A stretch of DNA of 59,127 bases, filler included, from Basidioascus undulatus (Eukaryota): NCBI GenBank assembly GCA_000826855.1. It is 6 parts of 6 records of this genome, joined end to end, with 100 filler letters (N's around TTAATTAATTAA, not from the genome) between each part and the next. Parts side by side here need not be neighbours in the genome. Positions count along the whole stretch, not along the records: positions 46,387 to 52,725 come from JTLS01001764.1; positions 52,826 to 59,127 come from JTLS01001765.1; 4 more parts are not named here. One strand, written 5' to 3'. The notes below the pieces were generated by a model. That model was not told where the DNA came from. It did no database searches and saw only the letters and a program-made list of their open reading frames with translations. Shown here in pieces: positions 48,760 to 59,127 of the stretch (position 1 is the first letter of the stretch; every line of letters begins with the position of its first letter). The position numbers and the translations under genes were made by a program.

Positions 48760-50009
48760 ATGGCGCAGAACGAGAAGAAGCCCGGCGGTGAGCTTCCTGG
48801 CCAGCCCAACCACGCAGGCTTTGCGAATGGCGACGTACGCTCTGTTTAACACTGGCTACTCGAGGGCCAGAGGAAGGCTGATGGCAGTTACGAGGCTCAC
48901 AGAATGCAGCCAACGCCCCAGTCGCGCGCTTCATCACCCCCGGCGGTCACCCCATCGACAACTCGCAGCCCGCCTTCCCGGTTTGTAAGTGAAGGACGTG
49001 GTACAATTCTAAGCCGGGACGGGCTGACAGGATCCCCCTCTCATGACAGTCCACCGCAAGATTGCGAACCCTGCCCCGCTGGGCCTGTCCGCTTTCGCCG
49101 CGACCACTTTCACCTTGAGCATGTACAATGTTCAAGCTCGGGGGATCATGGTTCCGAATGTGGTTGTGGGGCTTGCTCTTGGGGTGAATCTTCATCTGCT
49201 CCTCACTCTGGAGACGGTCGGTTCTGCAGATCACTCATCGCTTGGTTCTTGGGACAGTACGGTGGTCTGGTCCAACTCCTCGCTGGCATGTGGGAGTTCG
49301 CATGTGGAAAGTAAGTGGCTTTACTCTGGTTTTAATATAATAGATAGTGTAAACTGATGTATGGTGCCTTTCCGCGTTCAGCACCTTCGGCGCGACTGCC
49401 TTCTCGTCCTACGGCGGCTTCTGGCTCTCCTATGCCGCCCTTCTCATCCCCTGGACCGGTATCGGCGCCGCCTACGAGGAGGATTCCAAAATGATGGCAA
49501 ATGCAATCGGCGTGTACTTAACTGCCTGGGTTTGTGTTGCGTTTTGTGGGTGATCCTCGAGAAGTTACTGACGAGCTCGAGGTGCTGGCACGACCGTGCA
49601 GTTCATCTTCTCCCTCCTCATGCTCGTTGCCTCACTCCGCTCCTCGGGCGGGCTTGTGGCTGTATTCTTCTTCCTCGTCATCACGTTTATTCTGCTCCTC
49701 AGTGGCGAGTTTACGGGCAAGGTTGTCGTGACGAAGGCCGGCGGAGTCTTTGGGTACGTTCTTGACGTCTTGCGATTTGACGCGAGATGCTCTTACTGAC
49801 CAACGATGCATTCATACAGCCTTATCACGGCCTTCCTCGTGCGTTATTTTAGATAAGCTGTAGGAGGTAAGGCTTGAAACGGCCAGCTGACATTTGGCTG
49901 GGATGTCGCACAATCTTCGCAGGCTTGGTACGTGGCCCTCGCCGGCCTCCTCACACCAGACACTTCGTTCTTCACTCTCCCCACGCTGGACTTGAGCAAG
50001 AAGAACTAG
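48760..50009 (+). CDS. ADY2: GPR1/FUN34/YaaH (Ady2-like) acetate/ammonia transporter
   Basis: RFITPGGHP...QPAFP, HRKIANPAPLGLSAFAATTF, YGGLVQLLAGMWEFACGN|TFGATAFSSYGGFWLSY, KAGGVFG|LITAFL|AWYVALAGLL...LDLSKKN*. Confidence 0.93.
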
Positions 50010-51258
50010 ACTGGACGTCCCGCACCGACCGTATAGACGAGGACGAGCCCGAGGGAAGAGGTGGAACGACTGAAAGTGAAACAATAATACGCGTAGAGCA
50101 CACTGCGCCCGTCCGATGTAATACCAATCAATACATATTACTTATGCGAAGCTTGAGTGAAGCATGCATATTTCAAGGAAACGCGACGAGGTTTACCGAT
50201 ATGAATCTTTGACTAGGTTCACCCGCTGCACGTCGTTAAGAACGGCGGCAACATTTGATTAAGACTTTCATACGTCTTCGCGGAACACCCGCTCCCTTTT
50301 GTAAACCTTACTCAAAACAATGGCGTATTTACAATGGACCACAGTCACAATTCGTTCTCTTCCTCTCGCTGTACCGTGTGTTGGAAGTACATCGGCTAGC
50401 AACACTGGCAGCTGCCAACAGGGCTCAAGGCACCTTGGTGATTCGGTGTAGGCAGTTCTCATGAGCTCATGAGTGTTTGTAATAGCATATCTCGCTTCTT
50501 TCGAAGTAACACGTAGATGTGAAGTGTGGAAGTGAAACGATTGTGCAGCCTGTTGCCATCTAGCGAACCGGTGAAATCCCCTCCTCCGGCATCGTGCCAG
50601 CTATACATCCAACTGGTCTTGTGCTCAAAAAATTTTGGTTCAATATCAACATCAGCTCAAAACAGGGCGAGTTTGTTCTTACGCTGGACGCCCATAGAGT
50701 GTAATGCTCTTTTTGCAGGCGGTTCTTGACTACGCCGGCCAGGCTGCTTCACACCCACCTGGCTCTGCGTCAGCTGACTTCGGGCTTCACACAACAGCGC
50801 TGGTGGCTGCGAGCCCGAGGCTTGGGTACTGCTCCGGCTGAGCAAGTGATCCTCTTGCGACAGCAATTACTTCGTCCGAGCTGGTCTTGGAGTGGCTTTG
50901 AAATTTGCTTACTTCGATTATTTCCGCTCGCACATGAATAGCGCCAATTCTTGCGCAAGGCTAGCATGACGGGAAATACTCGAGCAATCGTGGCTACCAA
51001 CGTACTGAGAGGGTATGCTTGAGATGAATACAGCTGGTCAGCCGAAGATCATACGCACGAAATGCCCTACTAAGCTCCTTCTTGCCGAGCTGCGGCTGCT
51101 CAAAGATGAGAAGCAAGGTACATTCAATCGCGAAGTTCGCTTGCACTCAGATGCCGTACTTTTCAAAGCTCACTTTGCTTCGCATACTAACAAGCGATGA
51201 ACCATACATCTCAACCAAAGCAGATTACAACAACCATGTTCGTTCTGCTCCATCCAAC

Positions 51259-52155
51259 TCATCCGCGCCCGCAAAGATGTAGTTCAGGGCTCTGCGTGTC
51301 GAACAAATTGCCGTCCGACATCTTGCGCCGCAGCCACTGCATTGCTTCAATTGATAATCCCGTACCGTGAAGACCTTCGGATCGTCCTAGAAAGACCTCA
51401 GCGCCGCTTGGCGTGCTATCCACGCGATTTTTCAGGATGTTAGCCTGCGCATCGTCGTGGGAGTCTGCCCCCATGAAAACGATGGCCCGCTGCAAGGCCG
51501 GCAGCTCGAATAGAACGGTAGCCTGATCCGGTAGGGCTTGACCAAGACAATATCAGTTAGGTATGTGAACTTCCTGAGAGAAGCGTAAGCTGCTGTCTCC
51601 CATTCCTCCGCTACAATGCAGAGTTGCCTAATCTTGGTTGTAATGGGCTCCAGAGAGATCCCCTCGAGCAACCTGAGGGACGTCGCCCCTACTGACACCA
51701 GCACAGCTCGTGGAGGTTGCGTCTGCCCAAAATCGAAACGAGGCGTTTGGGGATTTCGGGCTCCCCTCTATAGCGCCGCTTCCTCAGCGGCTCCAGAAGA
51801 AACCCGCATTGAAGAGTCAAAGGACGCAGAGTCGACTGTGCTGCCATCAAGATGTCGGCCAGAGCTTTTTCGGCAGCCGTAAGTCCCCCGGTCATAACAT
51901 GGAACATCGCGAGTGATTCGAGATGGCGCATGTGGAAAGTGGATGTCTGGAGAGAGAGCCCGAAGTTGTGGATTGGTCCGGATGAAGCGCGTGCGATAGA
52001 GGTGGGGAGCGACTAGCTCATAGACAACGCGCGAGACGAGCGAGAGGTGTCGTTCATTTCGCCCTCCACATGGTCCCATATCCGAGCGGGTTGGAAGTCA
52101 CTACGACGATGTCGGTAATGCGGGCGACAAGACCGAGAGGAACTGGAACGGGCAT
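51259..52155 (-). pseudogene. Frameshifted F-box-like/LRR-like hypothetical gene
   Basis: Consecutive overlapping minus-strand ORF pieces: MPVPVPLGLVARI..., LSLVSRVVYELVAPHLYRT (resembling basidiomycete F-box-like N-termini), LRPLTL, IRQLCI, LTDIVL. Several frame changes. Confidence 0.5.
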
Positions 52156-52725
52156 CTCCGTGAGCACCGAGAGCCTGTGGTGTCGACCTCGAGAGTGGTG
52201 GAGCTTGTGGTGGATATAATATGGACAAGTGCAGCCTCGTGGGCGGGCGAGATGGGTGTTGTTGAAGCGCAAGCCGCAGGAATGTCTCGACTGAAAGGGA
52301 GTTCGACGCAGGACGATGCAGACGGAAAGCGGACATGTCAAGGTGCGGATATACGTGGTGACGTCCCACGGCACAGCATGGGCGAATGTGGAGAATCTAG
52401 CATATCTATGCTGCACATAAGGGGGGAGCGGATGAGATAACAGAATGTAGAGCTCACACACTGTCACCACATGGACACCGGTCGACGTTGGCGGATCACC
52501 GCACGCTACAGAGAAGCCTTTCCGCGGACATTTACGCCCCCTTCTTCTACCTTAGTCATTCAGAGACCGTGGAAAGAGAGGAATAGGTCCAAATGTTAGG
52601 GCTCAGAGCAGAGTAGAAGGAATCAAGGGTTTCGATCCTCCCACATGTGCGTGTGAAGGGTGCACCTCAAGCGATTTCGACGGCGGAGGGGGAGGGGGAG
52701 GGGGATGGGAGGGGGATAGAAATGG

Positions 52726-52825
52726 NNNNNNNNNNNNNNNNNNNNNNNNNNNNNNNNNNNNNNNNNNNNTTAATTAATTAANNNNNNNNNNNNNNNNNNN
52801 NNNNNNNNNNNNNNNNNNNNNNNNN
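52726..52825. other. Artificial contig linker
   Basis: N44-TTAATTAATTAA-N44. Confidence 0.98.
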
Positions 52826-53334
52826 CCACTCTCCTCCTGCGCCTCCTGCGCCTCCTTCGCCTCCACCCGCGCCTGACCCCAAAGCCACATCGCCCCCTTC
52901 CTCCTCGACCCCAATTACCATCCGCCGCGCCCGCTCCGTCACCGCCCTACACGGGCGGATGCATACGCGCAATGGAAGCGGGAATGAGAGTGGGAGTGGG
53001 AGCGGGGCGGAGGAGGCGCCGGGCCCGAGGTCCGCTGTGCTCAGCCCAAGCGGGTCGACGTCGAGGAGGAAGAGGTTCTTCAGGATATTCGATTTTGGAG
53101 GAGGAGCGAAAAAGGACGGTGCTTGAGGCTGGAGAAGGCGGAAAAGAGAGGGGGAAACTGGATGCGAGGAATGTCGGAAGGGAGGGAGTTGAAGTGTATG
53201 CAGCTCTCAAGCGGGGATAGTCTTGTATCTGCTTAAACATATAATTTTTTCCAGGAAGATGGTGTTTGAGTCTTCGGAATCGCTTCGAGGGAAGTGTGGA
53301 CGACATCGACTAGCCTCTCATATCTGCTGAAGGC

Positions 53335-53380
53335 CCTGCGCGTCCAGGCACCTGCGCGTCCAGGCACCTGCGGACGCGCA
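53335..53380. repeat. 16-bp tandem duplication overlapping a 9-bp inverted repeat
   Basis: CCTGCGCGTCCAGGCA x2 (53335-53366) plus a partial copy; TGCGCGTCC (53353-53361) pairs with GGACGCGCA (53372-53380). Confidence 0.8.
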
Positions 53381-54487
53381 ATGGGACTGAGAGTGCACAC
53401 GAAGAGGACCCGGGGTAGAGGTCGCTGAGAGGTCGCTGATCCCCAGAAGTCGACGTCGAAGCAGAAGAGGTTCTCAAGAACCTTTGAGTCTGGGTGCGGG
53501 CGGCGGTGGGAAAAAAAGAAGGGGGTGAGGAGCGAGGGAAGGTAAGGATGAAGGTAATTAGAATGTTACGGGAGGCGGAAAGCAGTGGAAATTTTTTATA
53601 GGGCTCACCGGTAGCATTGTATCGCATTTGCGCTCATTTGTTCCCGAGTTGCTGTGTCTTCTAGGGCATGCAGGCGTGGACGTCAATGTAGACATCCACC
53701 GGCTCGAGCTCTCCGTTTCCCTGCCCTGATGAAGAACCTCTTGAACTAGGCGTTTCAATTACTGATCAGTTGTAAGACCAGATTCAAGTTTATCGTGTGT
53801 ACTTTCCAAAAGCTTGGCAATAAGAAATCAGGCTCAACCTGTCTGCGCTCAAATCTAGGGCGCAGTGCGGTACGTGACACGCCTGGATCGCATTGCCTGT
53901 TAAAGCTCTGAATTTCAGCTTTACCAAGTTAACGGACGTGTGGGACGGGCTCAGACTGGGTTACTTGGGAATGAACCTGCATCCGGTGGCAAACGTGCCT
54001 CGACGGTCCTTCACCCGTCCCTAATTTGTCTCCCCAAACCGTTACTGGAACTGACTTAGTAAGAGTTCATATACTCCAGTAAGAGCTCAGACATGCCATA
54101 TAAACGAGCGGGACCAGCTTGTGGAAGTCAATTATGAAGAGCCAATGAGTTCGCTGAAGTTCGTGAAAGGAGCAGCTTGTAGTGCCTATCGACACAGCCC
54201 AGGAGACAGCATCAATGTTGTTGTGCAGCACTGGGCGGTCCGAAAGAGAATGGGCTGCACTCGTCAGAAAATGCGAGTGCAGACAGCACATCGTCGCCGT
54301 GCATTTCAGAGCGCGGCCCAACCAATCCACCTGGCAGACTAGACTCTCTCAGACAACGACACTCGGATGCAAGACTTATTCAAAGTGGTAGTTAAATCAT
54401 GCGCTGCACCTCTCCTATTCGAGATATATACTATTCTGTATAGCTATTCGCCCTCCCACCTGGATCCGAACGCGTCAACCCTCACGG

Positions 54488-56175
54488 TCAGGCCACGGGG
54501 ATGCTGACCTCGAACTGCTTGAGGAACGGTTCGACCTCGGCGTACTCCCTCCGGATGGTTGCCGCGATCGCCTCGCTGCGGGGGGTGATGGTGCACTTGA
54601 AGGGGAGGGGCGCGGTGAGGTGGCCGGCTGCAGGCGGGCGAAGGGAAATTCAGGTCAGATGGGTGGTGTCGGCGGGGATAGCGGAGGTAGAGGAGGTAGA
54701 AGAACTAGAGGGGGTAAAGAAGGCAGTGGAGGAAAACGCACGCTCAAAGGCATCGCGCGAGACGGGGATGGGCTGCTTGGTACCGGGGTCGATCGCCTGC
54801 GCGTAGTTGAACGCCCAGAGGAGCTTAGGGAACTGGATCTTCAAGCTGTTCTCGGCGAGATGCATTCCGAGGCCTGCGCCATACGTTTTTATCAGCGATG
54901 CTGGGGAGACGGAGGAAAAGGGATGGAGAAGAGGGGCACGAACAAATGCGGCGCCCAGCCCCGTACGGGAACGTTTGCCGGCGGTCCTCGTCGTCCGTCG
55001 CGCCGGGCTTGGTGCCAAACTTGGTCTTCATAAACCGGTCAGGGTTGAACTCGTCCGGATTCTCGTACTGCTCCGGGTCGTGCAGGACCGCCCAGGTGTT
55101 GCCTTCATGGGGCAGGCGCTCAGGTCAGCGAGGGATGCAAATGGTTTGGCTGCCTAGGAAGAGGCGACCCACCGACGACCGTCGAGCCCTTCGGAATAAG
55201 CATGCCCTGGTAGACTTCGTCCTTGGTAGTGACATGCGGGACACTGAGAAAGAAGCTTGTCAGAGTGAGCTTTTGACCATCAAGCAAGGCACTCACCCGG
55301 CAGGAGCGACGGGACGCCACCGCATGACCTTTTCGTTGCCACCAGTAAGCCTAATGTAGGAATTGTGCATACATATTTAACACTTACCTCGTAGATGAAA
55401 GCAGCGCAATAGGGCAGGTTGTCAAAGTCCTCGATGGTAGGACTCCTGCTCGCGGACGGGCAGGGTTCAGTACGCTGAAAAGAACTGCCACAATCAGGCG
55501 CCAAACGTACCGTTCAGAACCGACAACTTCATCCAGCTCCTTCTGGGCCGTTTCGAGAGTGCGCGGGTGGAGGACGGCGGCGAGAACGAAGGTGAGGAGG
55601 GCGCCAGAGGTCGTGTCCCTACTCGTTCCTCCAGAGTGAGCGGGTACGCAGCTTGCAGCACTGTTTTTTGGGAGCTTACGATCCTCCTTCCAGCATTACC
55701 CCACCGTTCCACGCCAAACTGATTCAAAAGTACAAATAAAAACACTGTCAGTGCAAGTGCTCAATGCCTCCTGGTACCCAAAGAAACGGCTCGCACGCCT
55801 CGTCGTCCAAGCCGTCGCTGCGCTCAATGACTAGACAACACACTCTGTTAGCTGAGACATCCAATTTAGAATAAGCCTCCGAAAGACGGCAACGCACTCT
55901 TCTCCATCCAGCAGCCGGTCCGCATACCCCGCTCCATCTTCATCTTGACCTCCTTGAAGAGGTTGTTGAGGTAGAGGTCCTTCATCGTCTTCCGGACCTT
56001 CTTGACGTGGGCCTTCCAGGGCGCGAGCGGACCTGGGAGGTACTTGAGGGCGGGAATAATGTCGATCGGAGGGGTGGCGCCGACCTTAAGGAAGAAGTTG
56101 AAGTCGTGCTCCGCCTGGTAGAACTCCTTGACGGTGAAGCCGGACGCGTCCGGGGTACTGAACGTCGGGGCGCGC
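54488..56175 (-). pseudogene. Cytochrome P450 lacking its N-terminal part
   Basis: PIDIIPALKYLP, I-helix MLEGGS|DTTS, AQKELDEVVG, K-helix YE|VMRWRP, FNPDRF, heme motif FPYGAGRRIC|LGMHLAENSL, stop at 54488. No upstream P450 exons found beyond 56175. Confidence 0.85.
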
Positions 56176-58429
56176 TGTACATCCGCAAATATTTAACTAA
56201 TTCCCCCTAAAGTAAACAACTCCTTAAAGGGGAAGCTTGAGACGTCGGTGCCACTGAAAGTTGGGGTGCGTTTGCGCGGTCAAGATGTTAAAGCAGCTCT
56301 CCCTCGAAATCTCGCCGCCGCAGTCGAAGCTTCCATTTTGCCGTAGGCGACAAACAGAGTCAAGGAGTCAACTCCCACTTTTTCAACTAGAGGCCTAACC
56401 ATGGTACAATGAACATACCACGGCTTCTTCCGATGCCGACCGTACAGGATGGCCAGTCTGCGCCCGCTCAAGTCTATGCGTCTTTCCAGCAAGTAAAATT
56501 GCGGCCGCGGCTGAAGCCGAATGTACCGCCCCATACGCCAGACAGACTTCTCTGTCCCGTCTTGGGACTGTGATGCTTGCAAGTTAAACCCAGAGTATGG
56601 ACTCCCGTTCTTAGGCTTGAAACTCCCACCAGACTAGGCGCTGCTGCAAATTTTGCCATGATTTCTCGTTGGGAGCAGAGCAATGCACTTGATTTGCACC
56701 TTGTGGTCAGCTCTTAGGGCCAAAATTCGCTTCTCCCTATTTCTATTGCCGTTATCTATGCGGGCGCCGTAAACGCTGTCAACTTGGTTTGGTTCTCCGA
56801 GCACCGCTGCGTCCGCCCGAACGGCCACACGTCCACTATGCACGAGGGTAACCATCGGTGACTGTCTGGAAATCTCCTTCTCAGAATCTGTCTTAACTAT
56901 TCACCTTGTCCCGCAACTACAACGTGAAGGCACGCGCAGCATCGGTAATGGTCTCTCCGACAAGCCCGCACCATCCGCTTCGGCCACGGTTGCCCTGGGG
57001 GGCAACAGCTGTGCGTCTTCCAGATTCTACTGGTTTAGCTAAAGTTAGCGTCGGTCAGTCAAATCCACAGACCCAAGCAGCCATGCTGATGCACATGTAC
57101 TTCTCAGGGCGCCTGCCTGGTACATGGCGGGATCACGACCGAGCCCGATACTGCCGCGTCTCTTTACCTACTCTCTCTGAATAAGACAGCCTCTCATTTT
57201 ACTTCCACTTCCTAGCCCATACAGGAGCCTTCCGGCCTTCTCGCCGCATTCTCTTCCGCAAGTTTCAACAGCACACGAGCCTTTTGACCTCTGTATCCTC
57301 GACGTTCTGCTGTACCCCGACCAAAAGTCCACGATCGCCATGATTAGGACGGGAAAGTCCCCAGCCAGTTGAATAAACTGTATCCATATCGAATGCGTGC
57401 CTTATCTGTTGATACAGGGTGGGTTCGACGGCATTGCGCAATGTAACCGCACCACCGGAGGCGGAATATCTGTATAGTGCTGGCTCAGCGAACCTTCCGT
57501 TCACTGGCAGACAATTCTATGTTAATATTGTGCCAGGATTTTGCTGAGGCCTTGTTCATGAACTATTGGCGTGTTGGCAGGGAACCTCTCCAGACGTATG
57601 ATCTTCATGAACACGTGAACATGGACAGTCTGAACATGTTCATTAAATCGTTATGCGACTTGTATTTTCTGCCCTATCTTGAATAACACCGTGCAGAAAG
57701 GACCCATGGACGACGACGAGTCCCGCGAGGGCTCTTCGCCGCCGGAGATGGTGACCGCAGCTGACTAGGAGAACGCAGCGCTCGCAGAAAGGTCTTTTGC
57801 GTCCGCGCGATTGAAAACAAAACCTAGGCAGTTGCGAGGTACAGATATTGGTGTATCTTTCATATACATGCACATGACCAGTTGAGGTGTGAAGCGGCCG
57901 AACGACAGCGGTAGACTGGAATATTACCTCCAGCTTCAGGGGCAGCGGCTGTCAGGCATCCAGGCGCCTACGCTGGAACATGACTGGCTGTCGTCAGACC
58001 CGATGCTTCCAAGTACAGCTGTATTTTTCTGTGAATATTAAAAGGTTGTGATGAATGCTCGATGTAGATCTAGTCTCGGAGGCCGACCGTGCGCCTGCAA
58101 CTCGGTGCAACGGCAGGTTTCTGAAACGCAGCGCAGTGCGTCTTCCCGCCATCGGGCCGTCCTCCTCCGCCCCTCTTTCTCCTTCTCGCCCTCATCTTCG
58201 GCACTCTGGCAGGCAACTGTCGCGGCCAGTACCGCGCCTTGCACGCCCAACAATATATTTCGTAGGCGGTTCCTTTGCCTCAGAATGCGAAATCAAACCC
58301 CCACCGTTCCGCTTCTTTGGTCGTTTTCTCCCCTTGTCCCCCGTCGAACCGAACACAACCCTCCTCCTCATCCTCGTCCTCTCCATTTTCCCCAGACGAC
58401 CTCCTACCCATGCCCACAATCAACCCCCG

Positions 58430-59127
58430 ATGACCGTCCCCGCACCTTCAAAGCAGAAGCAAAAGCCGGCCCATACAGGCCACACCCGCGCCCTTTCCTC
58501 GCCTTCGCGCTCTCCGCCTCTCCGCCTCGCACAACCCATCCTCTCCCCAGAGCAGCTCGCACAGATTACCGCCGACGCTCCCGCCGTCCCCGCTCCAAGC
58601 CGACCCAGCAGTCCGTCCCCAGCAGCCTCCCTCTTCCGTCTACCCACTCCCCGCTCTCCTCCTCCGCCCCCTCCTCAACCCTTACGCCCAGCTTTGCGGC
58701 CACCCGAGTCTTCGGTTGAGGCGGGAGGTGAGAGGGGGAAGGAGAGGAAGGCGCTCTGGTCCCTCAGCTGGAAGATCGACGAGCCGCCCCCGCGCGACTT
58801 CTACCGCCTCCGCCGGTCGACGAGCCGCCCACAGATGCGGGACACTCCGGCGCCCGGGCCGGGCCCGGGAACGGGGCGAAGCTCGTCGGTTGGGAGCACT
58901 GCGAGGGAGGCGGGGGAGACAGAAGCGGAGGAGAGGAAGGCTCTGGCGCTCTCGGCGAGCCAGCAGCCGCGACCGAAGAAGGAGCTCAGCCCGTGGCTGC
59001 TCGCTGCGCCGGTGCGGGCGGACGAGCGGCCGCATGGACGCATTTCTACCACTCAGCCTCTCTCGAGGCAGCAATCCACCCGACGCGCACATCCTCCTTT
59101 TCCGCCCCCTCCGCCTCCGCCTCACAC
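58430..59127 (+). CDS. Hypothetical Pro/Ser/Arg-rich protein, runs off window end
   Basis: ATG at 58430 opens a stop-free GC-rich frame to the window end (MTVPAPSKQKQKPAH...ALWSLSWKIDEPPPRDFYRLRR...). Missed by the ORF track because there is no stop. Confidence 0.45.
   Translation, partial: MTVPAPSKQKQKPAHTGHTRALSSPSRSPPLRLAQPILSPEQLAQITADAPAVPAPSRPSSPSPAASLFRLPTPRSPPPPPPQPLRPALRPPESSVEAGGERGKERKALWSLSWKIDEPPPRDFYRLRRSTSRPQMRDTPAPGPGPGTGRSSSVGSTAREAGETEAEERKALALSASQQPRPKKELSPWLLAAPVRADERPHGRISTTQPLSRQQSTRRAHPPFPPPPPPPH

Noticed and set aside
54820..54970. Apparent duplicated P450 heme motif (YGAG in two frames)
   Set aside because: A single intron inside the heme Cys codon explains it; the second YGAG is the translated intron end.
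48760..56175. Transporter plus P450 as a metabolic gene cluster
   Set aside because: They lie on different contigs separated by an artificial linker, and no backbone enzyme is present.

Overview
Eukaryotic fungal DNA: GC-rich and intron-dense, with short GT-AG introns, CTRAY branch points and micro-exons, consistent with a basidiomycete (inference). The window is not one locus. Five 100-nt linkers (N44-TTAATTAATTAA-N44) join six contigs, so adjacency across linkers is artificial. Manual splicing recovers housekeeping genes: ARC18/ARPC3 (partial), mitoribosomal uL5m, YVC1, TFC4, MDM12, ISY1, Rrn10-like, CBP6-like, SUA5, tRNA-Pro(CGG), NMD3, DUF2985 (partial), dynactin p62 (partial), SYS1, ASA1 (partial) and an ADY2-family transporter. 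Accessory or decaying loci include two MYND-finger genes, an Na+/H+ antiporter pseudogene, a 5'-truncated P450, a partial GATA finger and a frameshifted F-box-like gene. The two most unusual items are absent from the ORF track: (1) a secreted protein built from symmetric phase-2 exons, each encoding one ~28-aa repeat (26153-26901), and (2) a multi-exon Lys/Asp/Glu-rich gene with duplicated introns inside a CpG-depleted island (2680-4440). Several frameshifts fall in homopolymers and are probably sequencing errors. No CRISPR array, prophage or intact transposon is evident. All family calls come from motif recognition, not database searches.
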